Source: Nemertoderma westbladi
Lineage: Eukaryota > Animalia > Xenacoelomorpha
Reading direction: 5' to 3'
NCBI GenBank assembly: GCA_032718475.1
Contig: JAUCBJ010000166.1
Span: 1 to 64,000, forward strand
Length of the DNA stretch: 64,000 nt
In this document: positions 24,842 through 37,140 of the stretch, piece after piece
Numbering within the stretch: position 1 is the first letter of the stretch
How the letters are laid out: each line of letters starts with the position of its first letter
Notes under the pieces: generated by a model
What the model was told of the DNA's origin: nothing
Seen by the model: the letters and a program-made list of their open reading frames with translations, nothing else
The model's database searches: none
Made by a program: the position numbers and the translations under genes

Positions 24842-26227
24842 ACCCTTCCCAACCACCAATACATAACCGCGACATCTACCACCCACGGAAGGGTAGCACG
24901 AACTTATTTCCAATCGCACGTGAAATATGCAAAGCCAGGTGGTTTATAGGAATATAATAAACGCAGTACTCGTTTTCATTATAAGCCTCTTTGCGTTCGT
25001 CCTGTTTTGTATTTAAATATATTTCTTAAACGCAAGCTAGGACGATCTTTATAATAATAATAACTAGGGATGCGATCAATATGTGAAGCCAGGTGGTTTA
25101 TATAATAATTTAGTCAACGCAGTACTCGTCTTCATTATATGCCTCGTTGCGCTCGTCGCTTGTCCTGTTTTGTCATAAAATATTTTTCCTAAACGCAGAC
25201 TGACGATCTTTATACAGTTATAACTATGCGAAGTTTCGAAACTGTGCGAGTAACTGTTGATACATCTATGTGGAGATGTGTGATATGTGGAGATGTGTGA
25301 TACAACGCCAACGCATCTTATGCCGATGTAGTAATATGGGTATTGAAATAATATTAAATCAATGTACACTCTTAAAGCTGCAGCGAAAAAATGTAGCTAA
25401 TTTCCTAGGTTACATATAAAATAATAATATTATTTCAAGAACATTAATTTTACTACTTTGCAAAAATTCAATTAAAAAATAACCAGACATATACATTGTG
25501 GAATAAACTATTTCAGAAGCGCTACAACAGCCATGCCATGGATTGTATTTATGTTATTATATCTGTCATTTAACTGAGATAGCAATAGTAGTAATAGTCG
25601 AACGGTTATGCGGCCCGTCCAGCCTATAATAAACACAATTCAGTGATTGGGCTGGAATAGCAATACTGGTTGCCTCTATTACAATTCCTCTCAGGTTAGT
25701 CTACAGCCACAACTCCCAGCAGCTAGCTCCACACCAGCAGAGACTTGACCAATAATGGGAAGGATTAAATTTGTACTCAATAATTGTGCGGTTTAATTAC
25801 GTTTAGATCAATTAAAGACACATTTATTAAAGCAAATCACTTAAACTAATTAAAAACTATAATAGAATGGCGTATGGGGATTATATCTGTATAATTTTTA
25901 AGTATAATTATTTAAATCTTATACTGTAAAACAATTAATTTCCTTTAAAAGGAAGGTTGAAAATGGCGTTTTCACCGCAATCAACTTAATTAACTAATTA
26001 ACTGCTATTATCTTAGCTTCTCGAAGGCCACACGGAAATTCTACTTGGAAAAATTTCTAAACTTTTGCCAAACAACATGTGTACCAAGTTTGGATAGATT
26101 TCATCAAAGATTGGCCGAGTTATTAACGTTTAAAATTGAACACGACAGAACGACAGAACGACAGAACGACAGGTTGATTAATGGTACCACTACGCTAAGG
26201 CTCACTCACTTCGTGGCTCGCCCCACA
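24644..26227 (-). mobile_element. HINE-like element, copy 2 (1.6 kb)
   Basis: Same termini, ACAcgttcgtgggg and gctcgccccACA. Confidence 0.8.
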
Positions 26228-26949
26228 GTAATCTTATTTGGTCATTCTTTCTGCGTGATGTAGGCCTACACACCGTACCGTAGGAAGAGTTGTTTATGTC
26301 AAGTAGATATGGTAAGGAAATAGCAGGTAAGGCATGTAGCGTAATAGTAAGCCTACGTTCGTCTTCAAAGGACGTAATTGGCTATATACCGCCACTGCTG
26401 CTGCTTGTGTGTGTGGTGATTGAGCCTCTAATAATATTTACTATGTTTGTTTCCTTTGGGGATATAATTAGTCCACCTCGATAATACAAGGATACAAAAT
26501 GATTAAAATGCTCTTAGTAACGTAATCTATATCAGATTTCTTATCTTTTTTTTTCCCTTTCTCCTATTTAGGATTGTTTTCTTTCAGTTTACGACATAAT
26601 CCAGTTAATTGGAAATTATTAAATTTTCTAAATGTAATCGCACTTTGTTCAGCCTTTTCCATACATAAACCATCGTCTCATACATATGGCGCATAATCAG
26701 CGAATGATAACAATAATTGTAATTTATTTATTATATAGCGCCAAATCTAAAGTTTACTAAAAGTTGATGATATAAATATTTCTAAATCAATCAATATTGT
26801 ACACACAGTCTAATTATATATGTAGTACATGGAAAAAAGGTGAACTTTTTCATTATTCTGTTTATTTCATTATTCCAATATTGTGTTTTATTTACCGATA
26901 ATTATGAGTTTGAGATATAAAATTAATTTGAAATTATTATAAATTATAA

Positions 26950-27140
26950 ATATATTATAAATTAAAAAAATTAATATTAAAATAAAATAAATTATAAATT
27001 AAAAAAATTAATATTAAAATAAAATAAATTATAAATTAAAAAAATTAATATTAAAATAAAATAAATTATAAATTAAAAAAATTAATATTAAAATAAAATA
27101 AATTATAAATTAAAAAAATTAATATTAAAATAAAATAAAT
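26950..27140. repeat. AT-only tandem repeat of about 38-39 bp, about 5 copies
   Basis: Unit aattataaattaaaaaaattaatattaaaataaaata. Confidence 0.85.
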
Positions 27141-27206
27141 TATATTATTATAAATTATAAATTAATTATGTATATGTGTTTAACATCCATAGATTGTATA
27201 AATTAT

Positions 27207-27435
27207 TAAGTAATTAAACAGGACTAAGGATGATCCAATTCTATAGCAAATGGAGCGGAAAAAATGAATTCGCCACCAGCGGGGATCGAACCCGCGTCTC
27301 CCGATAAACGTTCAGGTATGCTAAACCTGAACGTTTATCGGGAGACGCGGGTTCGATCCCCGCTGGTGGCGAATTCATTTTTTCCGCTCCATTTGCTATA
27401 GAGTTGGATCATCCTTAGTCCTGTTTAATTACTTA
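27207..27435. repeat. Palindrome of about 230 bp made of two tRNA-like half elements
   Basis: Arms of about 110 bp are nearly identical and centred near 27321. Each has a B-box/T-arm gcgggttcgatccccgc and a T6 run. Confidence 0.9.
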
Positions 27436-27554
27436 TTAATAAATTAATTATAAATTAAAAAAATTAAAATTAAAATAAAATAAATTATATTAGGCCTATT
27501 ATAAATTATAAAATGAATGTTATACGTTTTTCAGGATAGTACTTAAGTCATATC

Positions 27555-27700
27555 TGAACCTATCTGAACCCAATCTGGACCCAATCTCGAGAATTATACC
27601 AAATCTGAACCCAATCTGGACCCAATCTCGAGAATTATACCAAATCTGAACCCAATCTGGACCCAAGCTCGAGAATTATACCAAATCTGGACCCAATCTG
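27555..27700. repeat. 41-bp tandem repeat, about 3 copies
   Basis: Unit ccaatctggacccaatctcgagaattataccaaatctgaac. Confidence 0.85.
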
Positions 27701-28728
27701 AATCGGAAATAGAAAGAGATAGCAATGAACTGTGGGGCGAGCCACGAAGTGAGTGAGCCTTAGCGTAGTGGTACCATTAATCAACCTGTCGTTCTGTCGT
27801 TCTGTCGTTCTGTCGTGTTCAATTTTAAACGTTAATAACTCGGCCAATCTTTGATGAAATCTATCCAAACTTGGTACACATGTTGTTTGGCAAAAGTTTA
27901 GAAATTTTCCAAGTAGAATTTCAGTGTGGCCTTCGAGAAGCTAAGATAATAGCAGTTAATTAGTTAATTAAGTTATTACGGTAAAAACACCATTTTCAAC
28001 CTGCCTTTTAAAGGAAATTAATTGTTTTACAGTATAAGATTTAAATAATTATAATTAAAAACTATACAGATGTAATCCCCATACGCCATTCTATTATAGT
28101 TTTTAATTAGTTCAAGTGATTTGCTTTAATAATTGTGTCTTTAATTGATCTAAAGTAATTAAAACGGCAAAAAAAATTTATTCTCATTAAATACTGCTCA
28201 TTTATTGGCCAACATGCTGGTACATAGATGGGATGTGTGTGTCATTCCCAGTTGCTGGGAATGATTATTGGTCAAGTCTCTGCTGCTGGCTGGGAGTTGT
28301 TGCTAAGACTAACCAGAGAGGAATAGTAATAGACAACCAGTATTGCTATTCCAGCCCAGACAGCATTCTTTAAATTCACTATAAATGTTGTATTGCTATC
28401 TCAGGTGAATCGACAGATATCATAACATAAATACTATCCATGGCATGGCTGTTGTGTAGGCTTCTGAAATAGTTTATTCCACAATGTATATGTCTGGTTA
28501 TTTTTTAATTGAATTTTTGCAAAGTAGTAAAATTAATGTTCTTAAAAATAATATTATTATTTTATATGTAACCTAGGAAATTAGCTACATTTTTTCGCTG
28601 CAGCTTTAAGAGTGTACACGTTCGTGGGGCCTTCGCGCAGCACGAGGCCCAGTTATGAGATACAAATTAAAATTGTGCGACTGTATCACAAAATCAGGTT
28701 ATGAGAGATTAACCAACACCACCAATTA

Positions 28729-29195
28729 GGGGCCGTCCAAGTATGACGTCAGCACTTTAGGGGGGGGGAGGGGGGTTGGGAAAATCTGATGACGTGCTGA
28801 TGAGGGGAGGGGAGGGGGTCAGCCAAAATCTGACGTCAGCATGTTCATTTATAGGTGCTAGAAGAGATATAGCAGACGAGTAAATAGCTTGCTATTTTAA
28901 TTGTTTCAGTTAATTGTTTAACTGTTTCAGTTACCAGTCACCATGTTGCAGTGATTAGGACGCGTGCTACTGGGGTACTGCGGTACTGGGGTTCGCCTGA
29001 AAATGAAACATCTTCATAATAAAAAAAAATAAAATAAAAAATTTTCGTAATAAACTATTAAGTTTATTACAAATTTTTTTTAATCTGATTTAGGGGGGGG
29101 GGGGGGGTCAACGCCTATCTGATGACATCTGATTTAGGGGAGGGAGGGGGTCAAAATTTTCGGGAAAAGTGCAGACGTCATACTTGGACGGCCCC
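28729..29195. mobile_element. PIF/Harbinger (Tourist-like) MITE
   Basis: TIRs ggggccgtccaagtatgacgtc and gacgtcatacttggacggcccc with a TTA target duplication. It interrupts the conserved caccaccaat-aatcaaagaaag stretch of the host. Confidence 0.9.
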
Positions 29196-31029
29196 TTAAT
29201 CAAAGAAAGGGGGACAGTACGTGTTCACCCCTTTTAATCTGCACCCCCCCCCCCCCCCTCCCTTCCCACCCACCAATACATAACCGCGACATCTACCACC
29301 CACGGAAGGGTAGCACGAACTTATTTCCAAACGCACGTTCAATATGCAAAGCCAGGTGGTTTATAGGAATATAATCAATGCAGTACTCGTCTTCATTATA
29401 AGCCTCTTTGCGTTCGACCTGTTTTGTATTAAAATATATTTATTAAACGCAGGCTGACGCTCTTTATAATAATAATACCTAGGGATGCCAGCTTCCAGAC
29501 TTTCAATCTTTACTGCCGCGCAAACCCCGCAGAGGAAGTTTTGGTTTGAGAGATCAAGCCCATCGGGCGATTATTGAAAAATGGTCACACTTCACATCAA
29601 AAAATTAACATCCCCATCACCAAAAATGGTTTCCATATCCTAAAAGTATGGTATCTAAAGTGTAGGAAATGGGTATGGATGAGTAAATATTTGATCGCTT
29701 AGAAAAAATACTGGGATGTAAAGTCTGCTGAAAATTGATAACATAATTATCCTAATAATTTACGTTTTTAAAAGTAATTTAAAAATATTATGGTATACAT
29801 TACCATGCAAAATGCATGCATATTTTGGAAGCACCACTGCAGTAAACCATTTCACAAAAATAATTATTGGATTTCAGTAAGCCATCTTACGGAAACAAAT
29901 GATTTGCTCACTAGTGCTGGAAATTCCGTCAGTCACAGAAATTAGCAGTAAAGTTTAGTTATTCTGAAACAGAAAGGCTTTCTGGCAAACTTTCTTATCC
30001 ACAAATTCAGATATTCTCCTGACCACAATGCATGACAAGGACTTTGCTGTGAAATTAGCGTAGGCTGACTGGTGACTGATGAATTATCAAATATTATATT
30101 TTCCATGAATGCAGGGTCCATATTTAAAAGAAGATGACTAGATTTTCGTAAAGAATTTAATTGAAACAGTATTTAATAATAAATAAATTAATTATCGCTC
30201 GAGTTCCTGCAGCTTTTATTCGTGGCAGGAATGTTTGAACGCTAATAAGTCGGTCAATCATGGATGAAATGGAACCAAACTTGGTACACTTGTAGTCTTA
30301 AAAAAATTTAGAAATTCTACACACAGACAGACTTCTACAGTTCCCCGGTCTGCCGCTAGGGGGCGAATTAACAGAAACGTAAAAATAGCTGTAATTATAG
30401 AACCAACGATCAGATTCATCTGAAATTTAGTAGTAGTTACCTAAGAGCATTGCTTAATTAGAAATTCTACAGAGACTTTTACAGTTCCTGTCTGCCGCTA
30501 GTGGGGAATTGTTAGAGCTCCAGTTCAACGTGCTTAGCACGGTTTAATAAACAATCAATTAATTATTTTATTCAATACAGTAATTATAACAGTAAAATGC
30601 AATGTATTCTATTTTTTAGTGAAATCAAGAGATAGGAGGGGGGTGGGACTGGACGCAAATCCCATCTTGGCGAATTAATATCCCGCCTCAATATTAATTT
30701 CTAAATTTTGGGAAAGGAGCAGCGTCTACAGTGGCACGTTATTTTAACCAAAACAATAAAGTAAACACAATAGAACAGGTTACAGTTTTATTTTTGAGAG
30801 TAATCAGCTGTTGTTATTTGCGTCCAATTTCCCCTGGAGAGGGATGAATTTTTACTATCTTGAAATCAAATACCAAAAATATATTTATTATATGAACAAT
30901 CTATTTGGAAATTGTAAGTTCGGCCTATCTCTTTACCATAAGCTCAGTATCTTTATTGGTGTGTTTTTATTATTTTACCAATTATTTAATATGTTTGATA
31001 GAATTGAACAACACCGCCCAACACAACCA

Positions 31030-31610
31030 ACTCTCTATCCGCCTCGAGCATCGAGAATACGAGAAACTCGATCGAAATACCTGCTTATCCCAGTAGTATC
31101 CGTCCGTAGTCTAGTCACCGGACCGCTGCGGTTTACTCCCGTAGAACAGTAGAATTCCCGCAGCTTCCGACCCAATTCGACAACGAATTCGCTTCACACT
31201 TCCGCGTCACAGAGAACGTAATCCAGTGCGATAACGTCTGCCCAACGTTCAACCATTTCCCCCAGGCGATCCCAGGATCCGGGCCGCCGCTAAACCCAGA
31301 TCGCAATCCTCGTCGATTCGTCCAGTCGTCGACGTAAGTCAGTAAGTGGGACTCTTCCCACCGCACTCCAAGGTGGGTGACCGGAGTGAGGCATGATGAA
31401 CTTGGCAGTGGCCCGCATTACGATCTGACCGACCGCCGTATTCCCAGTGTCTGAGTGTAGTAAATACCCAAATAGAATCGTACTGACAAACAAGCAATTC
31501 CGTAGTATTCCCCCGTTAATCACCTCTTGAAGCAACTCGGCTGCTCGGGTCCAGATACATCGGACTGTCGGGAGCGTTTCAGACATCAGACAGTAATGGA
31601 GCGGCATTTG
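31030..31610 (-). pseudogene. GC-rich degraded coding-like fragment of unknown family inside the nested element
   Basis: Broken minus-strand frames, e.g. MVERWADVIALDYVLCDAEV*SEFVVELGRKLREFYC. GC content is clearly above the flanks. Confidence 0.35.
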
Positions 31611-34600
31611 CGAATATTTCCAATGGTTTTATAATAAATAAGGGGATTCAACAGTTCAATGCTAAAACAAATGGATTATTCCTAACCCCACCCCAATACA
31701 GCAATATACCTAACAGTATATAGCTTAGGTACCACAGTCTGACTAGCTTTAAATATTAGAGTATGAAAATTATTATAGGACCCTCATGGAAACGAGGTAT
31801 ATACCTCATGAGGCTATCCTTACACCAGAACCCTTTATTTAAGTAAATAAACATTTTATAAGTTGACTATCTACATAAATCAGTATTGGTGCTCCTAAAT
31901 ATCTAGTGTTATTAGGCCTACTTGTACTGTAGGCCTAATATCGTAACGTAATCTTTATAAATGTATTATTGTGAATTTTAAAAGGTTTAATTATGTGTAA
32001 AAAACAATCAATCAATCAAACCATAATCAGCACAGTCAGCCTACGCATGGGTGGTACCTACGGTGCGCACTACAACGGCTGAACGGCAGTACAGCAATAC
32101 GGTGTACCGTGCCAATGACTGAATGATTAGCGGTAACTACTGAACTATCTAAACTATTATATTATTATTACCGGTACTAGGCTAATTAGGCCTAAACTAT
32201 AATCACCGCAAGGGTTTCCGGGGCCATGTTTAGATTACATGATATGGCATGTCTGCAGTGTATGGTACCGGCTGACCTGTATTACAGCCTGACAGTACCG
32301 GTACAAATGGTACATGCAGATTGGCAGACAGCCCCTATGTTTTGCAAAATTTGTCAGAAAACCAGCTGATTTATCCTACAGTAATAATAATTTAACGCAT
32401 GTTAATTTTGGATAAATAAATATATTATAACTACAATAACAGTTACACTGATGCTGCACGAAGGCCCCACGCAAATTCTACTTGGAAAATTTTCAAACTT
32501 TTGCCAAACAACATGTGTACCAAGTTTGGATAGATTTCATCAAGGATTGGCCGAGTTATTAACGTTTAAAATAAAATACTGAAAAAAAACGCGACAGAAC
32601 GACAGAACGACAGAACGACAGAACGACAGAACGACAGAACGACAGGTTGATTAATGGTACCACTACGCTAAGGCTCTCTCACTTCGTGGCTCGCCCCACA
32701 TTAATTTAATATTATTTCAATACCCATATTACTACATCGGCATAAGATGCGTTGGCGTTGTATCACACATCTCCACATATCACACATATCCACATAGATG
32801 TATCAACAGTTACTGGCACAGTTTCGAAATTTCGCATAGTTATAACTGTATAAAGATCGTCAGTCTGCGTTTAGGAAAAATATTTTATAACAAAACAGGA
32901 CAAGCGACGAGCGCAACGAGGCATATAATGAAGACGAGTACTGCGTTGACTAAATTATTATATAAACCACCTGGCTTCACATATTGATCGCATCCCTAGT
33001 TATTATTATTATAAAGAACGTCCTAGCCTGCGTTTAAGAAATATATTTAAATACAAAACAGGACGAACGCAACGAGGCTTATAATGAATACGAGTACTGC
33101 GTTTATTATATTCCTATAAACCACCTGGCTTTGCATATTGAACGTGCGATTGGAAATAAGTTCGTGCTACCCTTCCGTGGGTGGTAGATGTCGCGGTTAT
33201 GTATTGGTGGTTGGGAAGGGTGGGGGGGGGGGGGGGGGGATTAAAAGGGGTGAACACGTACTGTCCCCCTTTCTTTGATTGATTGGTGGTGTGGGTAAAT
33301 TTCTCAAAACCTGATTTTGTGATACAGTCGCTCAATTTTAATTTGTATCTTATAACTGGGCCTCGTGCTGCGCGAAGGCCCCACGAACGTGTACTATCCC
33401 GTCTTTCACTCGTGTAATGCATAATATTGTATTCTTAATTTGGTAATTTTTGTGATTTTATTCTATAATATTATATAATAGCTCTTTTACTTTTCAAGTT
33501 ATAACCATTTCCATTTAGGGAGACCTATTTAAATAACTATTACTATGAATAATGAAAGGTCTATTATATCAATATTTCTTTTATGAAATCATCAACATCA
33601 AAACCCTACTACTTCTACAATTTTTGAGCAATTTGCCTGAAAATTTCTGTGAGTGTCTACATAGCCACCCTGCATAAAAGTATTAGTCAACGTCTTAACA
33701 TATTTGGTTTATAAAATTTAATACTATTTATAACAAACCCAAAAATTAGCATAAATTTGCAGCGCCACCTAGCCGTGCAGGTTCATTTTCACAAAATTTC
33801 GCCTGATGTTATGCAGCCCCATCCTTGAACTATCATTTTTAACACTTTCATGTGATTAAAGTTAAAACTGTAAAAGCCTTAGGATTTTAAGCGCAACCTG
33901 TTAACCTGTATTTCCTTGTTAAGTAGTATTAACTAATATTAAATAACATTTTTCTGACCTGTAATCTATAATAGCATCTTAGGTAGGCCTACCTATATGC
34001 CAAATTATAGCCAAAACCAAACAATTTTGAAACGCCTGGGAGTGATAAATCGAAGAGTTGTCAAAAATGATGCACCCCCCCCCCCCCCCCCCCCTAGTAT
34101 AAATTGTACTATATGTTGAACTCTTTCTGTAATTTAAATTTTATTTTTAATGTAATTTAAATTAATTGGTGTATCTATTTTGTCTTAATTCCTATAAATA
34201 AGCTTAATAAGTTTAATTGTTGTGTATTTTACGCTGATAACAATATAACTGTTCATCATATATTTAATTATTTTGATTATTACATATATCTAAAATTGCA
34301 CGAGATATTAAAGTATTTTCATGCAGAAATATATCTATCTGTTCGGATAAATTGGGAATTAGTTTTGGGTTTGCTAAACGTTTTCAAAGATTAACTGGTT
34401 GAAATAATAAAAAATGAAAAACATGTACCGAAAAAGTTAAGAGTAAAGGGGAGGAGTGACTTTACTAAAATGTTATTACGGACTGCGGCAGGCGAGCAAC
34501 ACGGGGGAGTGTGCATATTACACGTCCACCGGAAACAACCGCGGAAACAATAAGAGATTGTGAGAGAGAAGGGTTGCCCACGCTGTCAGCCATACAAGTT

Positions 34601-35569
34601 AGATCCCCAACGAAATACTCAGATAGGGTTGTCATTGAGAAGCCCATAAATGTAGGTAAAACTCTTCGGCTTACAATCCCCATATATAAAAAAGTATATT
34701 ATAACAACAATGTTATATGAAATATTTTTCGGATATTTGTAGCACTAAAGCTGAGCTGGGAACAGGATGGGATTGGGTTGAGCGGGTGTTCTCTCCGTTG
34801 TTGCTATTAAATGGAGTTTCATTTTGGTTGGTTGTTATGTCCCTGTCCCAATTCAATTGTTTTTGTTTTTTATATCACATTATCATATAAATTAATTTCA
34901 TCGATATTATTACCAAAACCACGAAAGTACAGATACTGAGTTGTAGCCGTAATTATATTTTTATTCCTTTACGGAGTCAATGTCTTTTATAATCGGTGCA
35001 TTCTGGTTACTAAGCTACGCCACGCCTTAAAACCTTCTGACAGAAACAGAGTTGGTTCTTAGTTAGTTGGGCTGACATCAGTTCTCATAGAACAATACAT
35101 TTATTGTGCTCTTCTACCCCATATAAATAAGGATAACCGCGCCCTGGAAACATTTCACGACCTACGAAAATATTATTTTATGATGTTTATAAATAAAAAT
35201 TAAAAATTCAAATAAATTTTTTTTTATAGAAAATTAACTTTCTCCCGTTGAATTTTTTCAAAACCAGTGAAAAAAAATAATTTTCAGTCAATAGTATTAC
35301 TTTCTTGCACTTAATTTAGTGATAGAAAGACTTTACATAGCTGTTTAATTATTTAATTTTGTTATGATAAAAACGTTTTAATTTTATTAAAGTTGTTTAT
35401 TTACTTTTCATATAATATAGAGCCCTATACAAAAGGCACTAAAAGAAGGCGTTCCAGTTTTAGTAAATTTAAAAACGAACCTTCGAATTGAATCCCCACA
35501 ACTAAGCAGCAGTGGTATTCGCTAAATCAGACCTTTGGACTTGAAACTAAATAAACACCTTGGAATTTT

Positions 35570-37040
35570 GAATCCCCAATCACATTCCGATCTGCAACTC
35601 AATCCCCAATTACAATCAGTAGCAACTCAATCCCCATCTACAGACCGTAGCAATCCTCAGCTACAGACCGTAGCAACTCAATCCCCAATGACAAGTAGTA
35701 GCAACTCAATCCCCATCTACAGACCGTAGCAACTCAATCCCCAATGACAGACAAGTACTAGCAACTCAATGCCCACCTACAAGCTGTAGCAACTCAATCC
35801 CCAACTAGAGACCGTAGCAACTCAATCCCCAATGACAAGTAGTAGCAACTCAATGCCCACCTACAAGCTGTAGCAACTCAATCCCCAACTAGAGACCGTA
35901 GCAACTCAATCCCCAACTACAGACCGTAGCAACTCAATCCCCAACTAGAGACCGTAGCAACTCAATCCCCAATGACAAGTAGTAGCAACTCAATGCCCCC
36001 CTACAAGCTGTAGCAACTCAATCCCCAACTAGAGACCGTAGCAACTCTATCCCCAATGACAAGTAGTAGCAACTCAATGCCCACCTGTAAGTAGTAGCAA
36101 CTCAATCCCCAACTAGAGACCGTAGCAACTCAAACCCCAATGACAAGTAATAGCAACTCAATGCCCACCTACAAGCTGTAGCAACTCAATCCCCAACTAG
36201 ATAACGTAGCAACTCAATCCCCAATGACAAGTAGTAGCAACTCAATGCCCACCTACAAGCTGTAGCAACTCAATCCCCAACTAGAGACCGTAGCAACTCA
36301 ATCCCCAATGACAAGTAGTAGCAACTCAATGCCCACCTACAAGTAGTAGCAACTCAATCCCCATCTACAGACCGTAGCAACTCAATCCCCAATGACAGAC
36401 AAGTAGTAGCAACTCAATGCCCACCTACAAGCTGTAGCAACTCAATCCCCAACTAGAGACCGTAGCAACTCAATCCCCAATGACAAGTAGTAGCAACTCA
36501 ATGCCCACCTACAAGCTTTAGCTACTCAATCCCCAACTAGAGACCGTAGCAACTCAATCCCCAACTACAGACCGTAGCAACTCAATGCCACCTACAAGCA
36601 GTAGCAACTCAATCCCCAACTAGAGACCGTAGCAACTCAATCCCCAATGACAAGTAGTAGCAACTCAATCCCCATCTACAGGCCGTAGCAACTCAATCCC
36701 CAATGACAAGTAGTAGCAACTCAATCCCCATCTACAGACCGTAGCAACTCTATCCCCAATGACAAGTAGTAGCAACTCAATGCCACCTACAAGCAGTAGC
36801 AACTCAATCCCCAACTAGAGACCGTAGCAACTCAATCCCCAATGACAAGTAGTAGCAACTCAATCCCCATCTACAGACCGTAGCAACTCAATCCCCAATG
36901 ACAAGTAGTAGCAACTAATCCCCATCTACAGACCGTAGCAACTCAATCCCCAATGACAAGTAGTAGCAACTCAATGCCCACCTACAAGCAGTAGCAACTC
37001 ACTGCTCAACTACAGACCGTAGCAACTCAATTCCCACCTC
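35570..37040. repeat. 28-bp minisatellite, about 50 copies, with dimer/trimer higher-order structure
   Basis: Constant tagcaactcaat followed by recurring variants ccccaactagagaccg, ccccaatgacaagtag and gcccacctacaagctg. Confidence 0.95.
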
Positions 37041-37081
37041 TACAGACATTAGCATATGTATTCATAAAAACTTTTACTCAC

Positions 37082-37140
37082 CATATCTGATTCTGAGCGA
37101 CCATATCCAGACTACGGCTTACTCTTTTGTCGTCACCCAT
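37082..37140 (-). CDS. CIMIP1: CIMIP1/C20orf85-like, exon 1
   Basis: ATG..MGDDKRVSRSLDMVAQNQI-TG|gtgagt. Phase 2 joins exon 2 to give NQIWRDYV. The four exons total 411 nt (136 aa). Confidence 0.8.

Larger units (their letters stand above)
28616..32700 (-). mobile_element. HINE-like element, copy 4 (4.1 kb), nested in copy 3 and carrying extra internal sequence
   Basis: Both family termini are present. The host junction gtgtACAtt has become gtgtACA[element]ACAtt. Confidence 0.8.
27731..33392 (+). mobile_element. HINE-like element, copy 3 (inverted relative to copy 2), split by a nested insertion
   Basis: 27731-28618 plus 32701-33392 reconstitute the reverse complement of 24644-26227. Confidence 0.85.

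Noticed and set aside
24629-24949. Poly-Pro ORFs (also 33114-33422 and 21265-21564)
   Set aside because: C/G homopolymer runs in repeats or non-coding DNA, with variable length between copies.
27321-27375. Functional tRNA gene
   Set aside because: The 5' acceptor strand and D-arm are missing and the anticodon loop lacks U33.
35570-37040. CRISPR array (constant repeat plus variable spacer)
   Set aside because: Spacers are 16 bp and recur cyclically, the context is eukaryotic and no cas genes are present.
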